A DNA stretch of 63,940 bases, filler included, from Phoronis australis (taxonomy: Eukaryota > Animalia > Phoronida): NCBI GenBank assembly GCA_002633005.1. It is 8 parts of 8 records of this genome, joined end to end, with 100 filler letters (N's around TTAATTAATTAA, not from the genome) between each part and the next. Parts side by side here need not be neighbours in the genome. Positions count along the whole stretch, not along the records: positions 15,537 to 39,601 come from NMRA01001364.1; positions 39,702 to 43,802 come from NMRA01001323.1; positions 43,903 to 46,801 come from NMRA01003336.1; positions 46,902 to 54,501 come from NMRA01000187.1; 4 more parts are not named here. One strand, written 5' to 3'. Of the stretch, positions 35,601 to 47,859 are shown piece after piece. A program made the position numbers and the translations under genes. Under the pieces are notes generated by a model that did not search any database, was not told the DNA's origin, and saw only the letters and a program-made list of their open reading frames with translations. Every line of letters begins with the position of its first letter. The first letter of the stretch is position 1.

Positions 35601-38600
35601 ATTAACTTCACCACATTACAACTGATGTATATTGTATCAACCCATGACCTCTTGTGTCAACCTCTTGTGTCAACCTCTTGTATCAACCTCTTGTATCAAC
35701 CTCTTGTGTCAAACATCACCTACCCAGGGTGGAAATCCGAGCCAGCAATCCAGTCAGTGTGTCCTTCACCTGTCATGATGACCTCACCGCTGGGTATTGA
35801 CCATAACTTCCAAGAGTGGTCATCACTGGTCGTGGCCAGTACTTGTTTACGGGGATGAAGTGCAACGCTGGAAAAGGAGCATACAATACAAATACTGTCC
35901 AAAACTATGTACCAATACATGAAGTAAACGTAATGTAACAAATACATACATGAAGTAAACGTAACGTAACCTTTAAGCTTCAGTTGACATTGCCTGACAA
36001 TAGTCTTACCTTAAAACTAACAACAGCTTAGTCCAAATATGAAAGCCTAACAAGCACACTCTAATTGATTTCATTTACACAACAGAGGTCACTGTATAGT
36101 TTACATCACAGCACTATTATGAGCGCCTTATTATGTCTTAGCCCATCACCAGAGTCCATTGTTTCTCTGCAGACGATAAACATAAGGAGGTGAAATATAA
36201 TTGAAGAAAGCAATTGAAAATACAAAGATATGATTATACTGAATTGAGTGGTCTTTGTCTGGCTCAGGTCAAGTATTAATTTAGTTAGTGTGGGTCATCT
36301 GATACATGTTGCATAAGATTGTACAACAGTTAGTGATCTTTGCCTGGCTCAGGCCAACTTTAGTTAGTGCACGTGGTCTGATACACGTTGCATATGACTG
36401 TGTGACATTTAGCGATCTTTGCCTGGCTCGATCAGGCCAACTTTAGTTAGTGCAGGTCGTCTGATACATGTTGCATCAGACGTGTGCCTGCCGCTCAGAT
36501 GGGAACATAGCACGAAACACCTGAAACCATTTTTTCATATCTTAACACCAACACATAAGGAGCCGGACATAAAGGCCTAACAGTGGAGTCCATTAGAATT
36601 TGAAGCCACAACCTTGAGAGCAGGAGGTGGACACTCAATCCCTACTGGGCCATATTGTCTCTTCATGATGTAGATGTTGGTCACATACCTACTGACGGCA
36701 GCTTTGTGTGCCTGAAATAAGGTGGCTTGTCTAAATCCACCACTTCTGGTCAGATGCCCGGGCGGTCCCTTTACCAGAGCCAGATTGGGGTTGACTCCAG
36801 TGTCAGGGGGGTACTCACTGTCCTGTAACAACATGATGTGTGTTATGCATACTTCTTAGGATTCACTACTTTTGAAACTGCTTTTGTAAAAGATGTGATT
36901 TCAGCAAGAACTTAACTTCAGTTGAAAAGGTTTAGAAAGATTAGTAATATACCAATCTGTATCACATTCCAAGTAATACACTAATCTGTATCACATTCCA
37001 AGTAATACACCAATCTTTATCACATTCCAAGTAATACACCAATCTGTATCACATTCCAAGTAATACACCAATCTTTATCACATTCCAAGTAATACACCAA
37101 TCTTTATCACATTCCAAGCAATACACCAATCTGTATCACATTCCAAGCAATACACCAATCTGTATCACATTCCAAGTAATACACCAATCTGTATCACATT
37201 CCAAGTAATACACCAATCTTTATCACATTCCAAGCAATACACCAATCTGTATCACATTCCAAGTAATACACCAAACATTGACAATAAGAGGACATACAAA
37301 ACTGAGCTAGAGGGCGCCACTTACATCTGGATGTTTACTGGGTGGAGGCAATTGCGTGACATCTCTACTCTTCATTCTCTCTTGAACAATCTGCCGTTGC
37401 GTTGGGCCACGACCTTCACCATCCACAAGTATCTCACGACCCCTTTGACAGACTGGCTTGGTGTTGGCTGACTGGAGACCTTGACAGATGGACAGGAAAA
37501 GTTCCCAGAAACAACATTTAAATAAAACATACTACGGTGACATTTCTGTAAAAATTTTATTTGTTGTGTTTGGTAATCCACATTTGAAAGTAATAAGAAG
37601 TCAAAAGTGACAGGGCATTATGGGTTAATGGGCCTCACAGGAAAGCTTCTTTGAGTAAAATAAGACAACTGAACAGTGTATCACTGGCATACAATAGGGC
37701 AACTAAAGAATTTAACACTGGCTTACAATTAGTCATTTAATATTCAATAAAGAAAGACTTGCAGGTTTGCCTCACCATCTGTCCCTCCTGTCACTGAAAC
37801 ACCTCTGTAAGCCTCAATGTTCTTCAGAGTACTCTGTAAGCCAGTCACCTGACCTAAGACACGATCACGCTCCAATTTGGTCAACATCTTCTCCTTCATA
37901 GCCGTTTCGTATTTCGTCTTCAGATGCCGTAGTGTGGGCTCATAGGAAGAGTAATGACTCTTCAGCCTGTCCATCAAAATTCAAACTATAATGATGTTTC
38001 AGGCAAAATCAATAATTTATTTATTTATTACTGAACAGATGCAGTTATCCAAATATGCATATCGACTCTGAAGAGCTATATCATGGACAGAACTAATTGA
38101 TAAAACTCCCTACATTTGATCAGAAAAAGCACATTAACCATTTTTGTTAAAATTTGTTAATATCGTTTATTGAGACAAAAGTAGAATGATTGGAATGCTT
38201 CGTGCCTTAAAGTCCATCACCTTATGGAATAACACAAAACGGCATTAAGTCAATTCTTTAATGTCTCAGTTTATGTACTGTTTCTCATCCTCCTATTATC
38301 AGTCACAATACTAGGTCCATAGAGGACACCAAATATTTGTGGTACGGAGGGGCATGTCTTGCATATCCAGATCAACTTATCCACAAGAGGAGGTCTGTCT
38401 TATGTATCTAGGTCAACTTATGTCCTCGAAGAGAAGTTTCTTACAATTCAGGTTAACTTATGCAAAAGAGGAGGTGTGTGTTACATATCTAGGTCAACTG
38501 AGTAGAGTCTTACACATTCAGGTCCTTTTATGTCTATTGACAAGACTTTCCCACACTTTCCTCAAGAGTCTATATATGACATAGACAAAAAGTGTTCTGT

Positions 38601-39340
38601 GTCACCAAAAGATAAGTACAAGTGATACTTTCAAATCAGACAGTGACATATTTTTGGACAATTTGTTGGATTCATTAATACTGTATGTTATTGTGCAATA
38701 CCTTTTAATGTCTGTAATCAGTTTGTTCTTCTCTTGCACAACACGCTTATGGTGCATGCGGTGATAATCTCGCTCCTTTCTCAGTTTTACAAATGACTCC
38801 ATCGCCTTCCTAGCAACACAACAAATGACAGAACACTTAGTCTAAAATTGGCTAAACATTTTCTTGGTGAACATTTAAAGCAAAAATACTTCAGCTATGA
38901 TGTATTGTGTTCATTTCCTTCAGTATCTTTGCCACAATTATGAACAAACGAGACCACTTCGCCACTTACATAACTTGAAAATTACAATGTGCTATGTATA
39001 TTTACCACAGTAATGTAGGTTTAACAATCAAGAAGGGCAGACATAAAATCAAAGCCGATTATAGTTCCTGAATTGATATTAACTTGCAAATTAACAAGTC
39101 ACTTAAAGCATAGCAATATTCTTGAAAACATTCAATTAAAATTTAATCTTCCCTCAGCAGCCATGTTTGAACATTCTGTTCCCAACATGCATTGCTACTT
39201 ACTGAGCAGCATTCTTAAACTTGTCACATTCTTTACGCAGGAACTTGACCTCATTATCCAGTCGTTGATTTCTGACATAAATATCTGGCACAGTGCCAAC
39301 GTCCTCTTCATTTAACAGTCCCTTTTGCTGAAGCTCATAC
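32519..39340 (-). CDS. SPAG16: Sperm-associated antigen 16 (PF20), coiled coil plus WD40, 5'-partial, 11 exons
   Basis: Exons 39340-39203, 38809-38702, 37966-37776, 37479-37325, 36822-36689, 35867-35724, 35115-34930, 34356-34230, 34054-33989, 33613-33422, 32629-32519; GT-AG with consistent phases; KERDYHRMHHKRVVQEKNKL, YEPT..KEKMLT.LERD, GHTDW, WHSCGDFVAS, GHADSVNSIEFLPYSN, YGHMHSVN, TVRIWS*; AATAAA at 32483-32478. Confidence 0.96.
32652..32895. repeat. 40-bp intronic minisatellite, about 6 copies
   Basis: Unit agtaagctggttgttctcaacaggtgtgttcaacataaac. Confidence 0.92.
33276..33408. repeat. 27-bp intronic minisatellite, about 5 copies
   Basis: Unit tgagcagtatgactgatgtgtgtacag. Confidence 0.92.
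33422..33613 (-). CDS. SPAG16: SPAG16 exon (WD40)
   Basis: GTTIASCDSYGMVTLWDCRT...DVGPHPANHVAFDSSG...YEVANAQ. Confidence 0.95.
33989..34054 (-). CDS. SPAG16: SPAG16 exon
   Basis: GLCAHTFYGHMHSVNHCTFNIK. Confidence 0.95.
34230..34356 (-). CDS. SPAG16: SPAG16 exon (WD40)
   Basis: LRCRNTLRGHADSVNSIEFLPYSNTVCTASADKTVSMWDIRT. Confidence 0.95.
34830..34929. repeat. 19-bp intronic minisatellite overlapping a splice donor
   Basis: Unit gtgttcaatacaaaccaaa, about 5 copies. Confidence 0.85.
34930..35115 (-). CDS. SPAG16: SPAG16 exon (WD40)
   Basis: GGQLATCSGDTTVKIWDF...WHSCGDFVASCSMDNMSKIWDLN. Confidence 0.95.
35215..35486. repeat. Composite 31/15-bp intronic minisatellite
   Basis: gtggcaccaactgacacaagtaacaatgaca and gaagtaacaatgaca units. 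Confidence 0.9.
35724..35867 (-). CDS. SPAG16: SPAG16 exon (WD40)
   Basis: VALHPRKQVLATTSDDHSWKLWSIPSGEVIMTGEGHTDWIAGSDFHP. Confidence 0.95.
36689..36822 (-). CDS. SPAG16: SPAG16 exon
   Basis: DSEYPPDTGVNPNLALVKGPPGHLTRSGGFRQATLFQAHKAAVS. Confidence 0.93.
36945..37274. repeat. 29-bp intronic minisatellite, about 11 copies
   Basis: Unit agtaatacaccaatctgtatcacattcca. Confidence 0.93.
37325..37479 (-). CDS. SPAG16: SPAG16 exon (linker)
   Basis: GLQSANTKPVCQRGREILVDGEGRGPTQRQIVQERMKSRDVTQLPPPSKHPD; GPTQ motif, phase 1-0. Confidence 0.85.
37776..37966 (-). CDS. SPAG16: SPAG16 exon
   Basis: LKSHYSSYEPTLRHLKTKYETAMKEKMLTKLERDRVLGQVTGLQSTL... Confidence 0.93.
38702..38809 (-). CDS. SPAG16: SPAG16 exon
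   Basis: KAMESFVKLRKERDYHRMHHKRVVQEKNKLITDIK. Confidence 0.95.
39203..39340 (-). CDS. SPAG16: SPAG16 exon
   Basis: YELQQKGLLNEEDVGTVPDIYVRNQRLDNEVKFLRKECDKFKNAA. Confidence 0.92.
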
Positions 39341-39898
39341 CTGCAAGGAGCAAGAGAGAGATAGATAGATTATACACATGGAACAGATGAAAGTTGTACC
39401 CTGAGACAGGTTGCTCAAAGCTAGTCTAGGAGTAAAGAGTAAAACGACGACAGGATACTTCCAAGTATTTCCATAATATGGATTTAACATTATCAACTGA
39501 ATGTAACAAGAGAGACATTGAGGCGGTCACAATTTCATAAAATCCTACGTTTTCCAGTGGATTAAAATAAAAATAAAATTACATTTGATTTTTTTTCATA
39601 GNNNNNNNNNNNNNNNNNNNNNNNNNNNNNNNNNNNNNNNNNNNNTTAATTAATTAANNNNNNNNNNNNNNNNNNNNNNNNNNNNNNNNNNNNNNNNNNN
39701 NCCTAAACAGTAAGGCCCTGCTATATATGAAATAACAGGTCACATGACCACATTGGTATAGACGAAAAATTTTGTTGTTGAGACCACTGAAAGTCGCCAT
39801 TGCAATATTGCATAGTTTATAGTCATTTGGTTTAACCAAGCGACGTGGACTTTTCCAGCACTGTGTTTGCTTCTTTTTATTGCAACTTTGTGTTACAG

Positions 39899-40722
39899 CT
39901 GATGGAAGAGAAATCCACCATCAAGTTTCTCCTGATGCCTGGTTCTAATGAGGGACAAATAACATCTCGCATGCTAATTAAAATGTTTCGTGCCAATTTT
40001 TCCCCTCTTGGTTCAGTGAGAAGGGCATCGGAAGAGGAAATCTACATAACATTTGTCAGATACACTAAAGATGTTGCAGGTAGATGTTGGAACCAATTGT
40101 AGACATGAAACATGGAGCAGTGTAGGAGTTTATGCCAGATACTCAGCCTGTAACTTAAACTTTCAGCAATATATAGCTACTGGTAAATATGACAGTATAC
40201 TGTCACTCTACTTATGCTGCTAGACTTCCAATTAAAATTCTCCATAAATACTTAATTGGTAATTGAGAACTGCTGGCTTGAACTAAAAGGGTGAATATTT
40301 GTTTGCATTTCTAAATGGTCGATCACCATTCCATTTGTGCATCAATACTTCATGGGATACTTAGTATTGTTGTATGTTTGTTTGTATTGTAAATATTGTG
40401 GGTTCAGTTGCCGTCTGTTGAAATCATTCTCAAAGTATGACCTTTCTTTTTAGCTGGAAAACGTGGTTGCATAACCCTCAGCCACATCCTTAAATTCGTC
40501 ACTGGGCTGGAGCGTCGCCCCCTACTGGACTTTTCCATCGAACCTACAATAGAATTTCCCTGTGCTACACCACATCAGGGATTCTCACCAACCGCATCAA
40601 CCTGCAGCAATATTCTAAGACTTCCCGTTGAGCCATTGCCTCCTCTTAAAGCCCCCGTCCCACATAACCTCTTTGATATTTATGATCTATGCTTCGCAAA
40701 CACGTATTTTGGCCTTTTATAA
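39899..40722 (+). CDS. G2E3-like HECT E3 ubiquitin ligase, last two exons (39899-40079, 40454-40722)
   Basis: GT-AG phase-1 intron; ..FSPLGSVRRASEEEIY..F.RY../..LSHILKFVTG.E..P.L.F...PTIEF...PTASTCSNILRLP...DLCFANTYFGLL*; catalytic Cys and -4 Phe present; AATAAA directly after the stop; the 5' part is lost at a gap. Confidence 0.82.
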
Positions 40723-40810
40723 TAAATAAATGAAAGCAAATCGTCTGTCCTCTGTTTATTTTGGTTTGTTACGTATGATTATTGTAGCGCTATCTGAACT
40801 TTTTCACTTA

Positions 40811-43800
40811 CAGGGTGTCTCAAAAAAGCGGATCCATCGTTCCGACAAATACATTAAAATTTAACCAATATTTCATAACGAATTTAATGTATTATTAAAA
40901 TCCATTATCTTTCAAAGAATAGTGTAAATTTCATATTAATACGTCCGTTGTTTTTAAAAATAATTCGACCAAAACAAATATAATGGTATTTTGAAAGAAT
41001 AGCGTTTATGTCGGGTCTCATGGGCACCGACATCGTTACCAACTGCGCGCTGCAGGGTTTCCATTTCAGCGTTAACTTATTTTGGGTTGCTTGACGATAA
41101 AAACATAGATTTAGACCGTCTTTAGGATAGGTACTTGAAAGTCCTGGTCTCAAACTGCCCATGTGGTTCCAGTATCCGAAAATACTTACTGCATAAAATC
41201 TTATTTTCGACACCCTTTCTTTATATTCTTTTCGCCTTTCTTGCCAAAAGCGATTTTTTAACAGTATTTGACCCTTCTCTGTGAGCGTATAATTACCGGC
41301 TGTCATCGGTTATTTCCGTACCCACATTTCCGGCTCATCAGTTCGGGAACTTGTCCTGAACACCGCCATTTTTTGCCCGAAAAGTCTTCATTATTTTGTT
41401 TTATTTGTAATATCTCGTAATTCGTTTGTGTGCGTAGTGTATTTTTAGTTTGTAATTAATGGTCGTTGATTTTTTTTTGGAATGTTATTATGTTAAAATA
41501 GCATTGGTGTTTAGTTCCTTACGTAGGACGATCGAACCTAGGGATCAATACCAGTCGAACCATTTTTTCCGTTTTGATTTTTTTCTCGTTTTGAAAAAGT
41601 TCTTTGCTATCATCGGAAAGTTAATGCATTCCACTCAGTAAAAATTGAAAAAGTATCAAATTCGGGGCAAGCACTGTAAAGTTAGTGGAATTTTTGTGGC
41701 GAAATTTGGGTCACTTTGTGTGGATCGTGTCGGCCATATTGGAGGACAGCGGTATAAGCTACAAGTTTAAAACTTTGTGTAAATTGTTTTCGCCTACAAT
41801 TTACGGTGAAATTTAGTGAGACATATCTTTACTTACTATTCTGCACGATTCAACAGTGTTCACCAAATTTCAGCCTCGCAGTTGTTACTCATTATGTGAT
41901 AAATGTGCTCACAATTCCCGTCGGACTTCGTCTCATTTCTGGCGGCACCGACAACACGGCGACTTTTGCTAAACTGGAAGGCATGTTCAAGCTGTTACTT
42001 TGTAATTTGTGAAGATTTGACGTTGATACATTTTGACGAACGTTGCTACAAAAAAGGAACTTTGTTTTTTGTGCAAAAGTATAAGATGATTCGAATTATT
42101 TTACTGTGAATTTCCCATTCAGGTGATCTTACACTAAGCTAAAAATAGCTGAAATAATTTTGAAATGTTTTTTTGTTTGACTATCAACTGCTGTTCAAGG
42201 CTTAGTGATTAGGTGTCACAAAAAGATTTATGTTTTTCTAAATTTTAAGTCTCAATTGCTTTCAAGGCATGTTTTGTAACTTATTGCTTCTTAATTCAGG
42301 TTATCAAGTCAACAAAATTAATTTGAGAAATAAGCTATGTTGGATTGTGAAGCTTCAAGCCTCCACTATTCGGTCACCATGGTAATAGTTACATGTATGT
42401 CCACTTTCATATCGTGGAAACTTTTGCTGTTGAATAGTGTTTGTAATGCTAAATGTTGTAAAGTATTGTGCATTTTAAGTAACTTATTATGTTAAAAGGT
42501 TGAATCATTTTGGCTTAATGAATAAAAAATGATAACATTTAGTATTGGACTTGTCATACTTATATGCTCGAACGAGCCCCCTATTTGGAGAAATGGAAAA
42601 AGGTCTGCCTCAGTCAGAGAAGCACGAACTCCGAAAAAAGTAGAAAACGAGACGATATTCCACTAGAAAACAGGAAGTACCAAAATTTAGCGTCCGCAAT
42701 TCATAACTCTGAACATACCTCTTGAATCTTATAGTCAAAGATAGACATTCCCAAAAATTCCAGCCCCCCCATTTTTAAGCTTGGTGCGCTCATACGAAGT
42801 CTGGGAAACTCTGTTGAAAGCCAACAACACTGCACAGTTCGCCAGAAGTACCCAAGTTCTAAATAAACCTCGTTTGAGCGAGCGCTGTGGCCAGCGACCA
42901 AGTAGGGTAGCCTAGGCCCAAAGCTGTATGGGCTTACTAACAAGCTGCTTGTATTTGACGGTAGTCTTCATACTGGTAGCTGCTGGCACTGAGGCTAGCT
43001 AAGGGCTGCCGCGGCAATGTGACACAGGATTAACCAGCCCGTAATTTTATGCAAGTGTCTGAAACAGAATATATACGGCATTTATGATTTGAACATCTCA
43101 CTTCGACAAAACAGCTTGCAACCGCATGCCTTTACCGTTCGCCAGTGTCATATCTCGATCCGCACCGGCTACGGTCCCGAGTCCGGCAAAAATAATTTCT
43201 GCCAAAATATATTCGCCACATTTCTTCAGCAAATTCTACAAAATTGTCCGTATTTTGATTTTATTAAAATTAAGGCGCGCTGTCCATTATTTTATCCTCG
43301 TTTTCAGGCTGGTAACAGGCACTCCTCCATTCACACTGACAGCGTTTTCTTAGTCTGGGTTCCTGAATGAATTGTACTTTTTTCTAATACGGATCGTGTA
43401 TTAGTTATGGGGTACGTACTTCTTGGATCCTTATAACATCCTCTAACCATGTGATAAGGGTTAACAACTTGTGAGAACAGGACTTCAACGTGGTTTTTTG
43501 TGAAGTTTTCAATGCTTAATCCGTGGTGTGGTTTTTGAGAAACACCATTCTAACGACTACGTAATCTTATTCGCCATTTTTAACGCCACCGATACGTGAA
43601 CAGGTGTCCAAAAAGCGTAGTCGTGGTTCAGACTAATAAGTCAAAATATTCCAATATTTTGTGATTTTAATATTTTATGGAAACGCATTCTTTTTCAAAA
43701 ACACCTTGAAAATTTCACACCTGTACGTCCATTAGTTTGTAAAATACCGGCAAAATGAAAATAGCGGTATTTTGAAACACTAGCGATCAGCTCGTGCCCC

Positions 43801-43917
43801 GTNNNNNNNNNNNNNNNNNNNNNNNNNNNNNNNNNNNNNNNNNNNNTTAATTAATTAANNNNNNNNNNNNNNNNNNNNNNNNNNNNNNNNNNNNNNNNNN
43901 NNATGTGATTCACCCTG
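40811..43917. mobile_element. Possible Tc1/mariner-type non-autonomous element
   Basis: TA|CAGGGTGTCTCAAAAAA at 40811 and CACCCTG|TA at 43911-43919; only 7 bp match and the right end lies beyond a gap. Confidence 0.4.
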
Positions 43918-46587
43918 TAGTTGCATATTGCCACATGCTGGGAGAAAATGGCCAACTGTCAATCAATGTAGGAGGCCTCAGGGCAGAGAAATGGTTCAGT
44001 GACTGGACATTTGCTTGGACCTCTTAATGCATTGGAATGTTGCAGGCTGCTATCAAGTCCTGTGGTTGTGATCAAAAGCATTGGACAGGGACCTCTAGTC
44101 ATCCTGCTAATGCTGTGAGTCACATGACTTGAGACCAGGTATCTTGTCATGGTTTCTCTACCCTGGCTGCACTGAGTTTCCTCTGACAGGGTGTAAGTGT
44201 TATCATTAACAAAATGTTTATTATGTCCCCTGAGGGTGGTTGGCCACACTCTAATAATTGTTGCCCACTAGTGTTTTCCCTTGTTATTGATTCTTTAGCT
44301 GTTCTGTTTGTCTTTTCCCTTAGAGCCTGAGATAGGTCAACTGTAGTTGTCCATCAAGGAATTTAACTGTGTTTGTTGAAAAGCTTTCTCGGTTGGACAT
44401 TCAAAACAGGTCTTAAGTAGCAAGTTCCATGTTCTTTAACATAATACCAACATTTTGAACAGGAACCAAGATGTTCATATTTTTAAGCCACATGAAGCAA
44501 CAAACACACGTTCAAGGTAAACATTTACCAACCTCAGAGTCTTGCACAAAGCAAGTTTATTTTAGAAAAGCCAACGTCAAAGGCAATCACTGAACTGCCC
44601 AATAAACTGTCTAGATTGTCTCCACAAAGTAACCTCTCTAACTGAACCTTAAAAAGACTCTCTCCTGCTCCAGCCCTCCCTCTCAGCCCACTCCCCCTGG
44701 CAACTGGTATGACCCCATTGATACTATAGTCAGTCATGTCAGTTGCTGATGCTATCGATGAAAAGCTGTCAGTGATAGTGTAATTGGTCCCTTTCTCCTN
44801 NNNNNNNNNNNNNNNNNNNNNNNNNNNNNNNNNNNNNNNNNNNNNNNNNNNNNNNNNNNNNNNNNNNNNNNNNNNNNNNNNNNNNNNNNNNNNNNNNNNN
44901 NNNNNNNNNNNNNNNNNNNNNNNNNNNNNNNNNNNNNNNNNNNNNNNNNNNNNNNNNNNNNNNNNNNNNNNNNNNNNNNNNNNNNNNNNNNNNNNNNNNN
45001 NNNNNNNNNNNNNNNNNNNNNNNNCCCCTCCCCTCTCAGCCCATTCGCTCCTGCATCCTTTGTGACCAGATCCGTACTGTAGCCACTGTAGCCATGATGG
45101 CAGTCCCTGATAGTGCAAGGAGCTGTCACACAAGACAGTTGTCTGTTGTGTCAGGAGATCTTCTGGGGACAGCTGACACCAGGTACCAGATGAATGTAAC
45201 ACAACCACACAGTGGATGGTGATCTGTTTTTATACACAAACCTTGCTAATGGATTTTCAACTGTGGTTAAGTCATACAGCAGTATGCAAAACTGGTCTTA
45301 AAAAGAAGGCTGTTTTTATTATGATAGTCAAAGTATGAGATTTTGTAACTTACTTGCTTAATTCGAATGCTATAGTTTTTCAAAGCTGCTGAATTCCGTT
45401 ACCAGCAAGGCCGTTAAAAATGACACTCAGTCACTCCAACTAAAGACTGCTCCGTCATCTTTCTTTCTAATGTGCTGTCCACACTACAAGCCAAGCGGTT
45501 TCTCTGGAACTAATTGCTCCAGGAACAAGTTGTCACTAGTAGTGTTGAGGCTATATTGCATTGGAGCAACTTGACACTCATATGACAACTTAGCCCGCAT
45601 TATCAAGTTGGGGTACTGAATTTGCCCTTGGTTAACTTGGCCCAGTGCAAGTCGTAGTGTAGACGCAACGAGAGACCGTAGTAACTATCAGCTGTTGGCA
45701 TGTACAGTAACATGCATGTTCAGTAACATGTGTAGGGCGCCATCTGTAGTTCTTTTTATCACAAGGTGTATGATGTGTTGTGTCTGGCAAGTTGCTCTAA
45801 TGCAAGGTGGTCCAGGGTAATGTGTGGTGTGGATGTGACTTGGTTTACCATTCCAAGTTGAACCAAAACATTGACATGCCACCAGTGTGTTGCATCAGAT
45901 TTGTGTGTTCTACACCTATCTGGATTGTAGTAAGCTATAAGCCAATTAAACACCTGATTCAAGCTCTTGAGGGCTGATAAGATAAGAGTCTTTCAGTCAA
46001 ATACCTGTAGTGTTTAGTTAGCCAATAAACACGCTGATGATAATTCTGTTAGGAAAGTTGTAACTTCGGCTGTTAACTTCTAAACAAACTTACATTTGAA
46101 GTACTGAGTACCTATGTGTGGGGATCTGTGTACATTGATTTGTGGGGGAGGGGATTAATGGTCACAAACTTTCCTTCCAGCTGCCAGTAAAGATAATGGA
46201 AAGTTTTTTGATGAGACCCAGGTGTACCCTTCAGTGATTTGCCAAATCCCACATATTTAGTTGCATCACTGACTATACCCTCAAGTCACATAATCTAGAG
46301 AGAAGGATGTTGCTGACGGTATTAGCATTGCGGATAAACATGATACGAAGCATTTTGCTGCTTATCTAGCTACAATCTGACATTTTTAATCGATTCAAAA
46401 CAGTCACATATACACATACAACCTCTTCTTACGAGTGCAATAAAATTAACATTGATGGTTGTTATGTATGATCAGTTAAGCTCTCTTTAAAAAAATGTTA
46501 TCAGTTGAGTGTTGTTCTGTTTTGCGTCTTGATGCGATTTGGGTTGAGACTTAACTCTGCTTGAGCGTAACTTGGCACTTTGCGAGG

Positions 46588-46698
46588 GCAATAGTCGGAT
46601 ATAAAGTGTACACATTTTGAGAACCAGTTTGATGCCTGTTTACTCAGTGGAGAAAACTGGTTCTCAAAGTTTGGCTATCTTATATCCAACTATTGCCC
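46588..46698. mobile_element. Small hairpin MITE
   Basis: ggcaatagtcggatataa...ttatatccaactattgcc termini plus internal tttgagaaccagttt/aaactggttctcaaa. Confidence 0.75.
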
Positions 46699-46901
46699 TT
46701 TCCAATATAGCTAGACCTCACACCGTTATGGAACTGGTCTTCAAGTGTTCCTTAAGTTAATTTGGAAGGGATTTCAGGGTTTCAAAACGACTGGCAGTTT
46801 GNNNNNNNNNNNNNNNNNNNNNNNNNNNNNNNNNNNNNNNNNNNNTTAATTAATTAANNNNNNNNNNNNNNNNNNNNNNNNNNNNNNNNNNNNNNNNNNN
46901 N

Positions 46902-47845
46902 ATGTCAACGACGGCACGGTTATCGCACAGGAAGAGCATCTTGTGGTTGGAGAGCTTTGATCCCCACAGCTCTATCGCTATGACAATAGGAAGGAGTTCG
47001 TTGAAGGTGATGTGATGGTGTTGCAGGTGCTCGGGCTACGGGCAGGCAAAGCAGGAAGCCCCCAATGTCGCAGCAAAACCCCCATTGGAGCCTCCAGCAT
47101 CAGAGTACAATTTGATGGTGTCTGAAGATGTCCACTCGTCGAATAGGAACAGTGTTTTCCCACTGAAGCCTCGGAGAAAGATGGACCAATCCTGAAGGTC
47201 CGCTCTAGCTTCTTTATTGAGAGTGACGAAGTGGTCTGGTCTCGAAATTCCAATGGTGAGGTTGATGAGGCCGCGCAGGAAGGCGCGGCCGGGCACGATG
47301 GCGGAGCAGGCGAAGTTTAGTAGACCAAGGAGGGATTGAAGATCGAGAAGAGTAACCTTGCGGCGCTTCTGGAAGTCGAGGAAGAGTTTAGAAGCTTTGT
47401 CCACCTTGTCCTGTGGGAGAGAAGCAGTCATAGTGGCGGAGTCGAGGTGGAGGTCATAAATGGTGATGGAGGTGGTCGACTGAATTGTCTTGTCGTGGTT
47501 GATAGGGATGCCTAGGTAGTCGCAGAGTGATATGAATGCGACGAGGTCCCGGGAGCATGTCGGCTAGGATGGGGGACCCACGAAAAAGAAGTCATCGAGG
47601 TAGTGCGAAACGCCGGCGACCTTCAACTTGATTTCCTGGAGCCATTGAATCGCAGAACTGACCTTCTCGAAGAAGTTGCAGCTGGAGGCACAGCCAAATG
47701 ACCTACACCTGTCGTAATAGAAGTTGTTGGCCCAGGAGAGACCTAAGAGGTGGTACGTTGTCAGGGTGCACCGGTACGATGCGAAAAGCGTCCTTGATGT
47801 TAGTCTTAGCCATGAGAGAGTGACGTCTAAACCGTTGAACCAGGC
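46902..47845 (-). mobile_element. DIRS/Ngaro-type retrotransposon RT-RNase H fragment (disrupted)
   Basis: AKTNIKDAFRIVPVHPD, FGCASSCNFFE, HYLDDFFFVGPP, LQSLLGLLNFAC..IVPGRAF, LYSDAGGS.GGFAA, ELLPIVIAIELWG..LFLCDNRAVVD; frameshifts and stops. Confidence 0.9.
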
Positions 47846-47859
47846 GGATAGAGCCCGAG

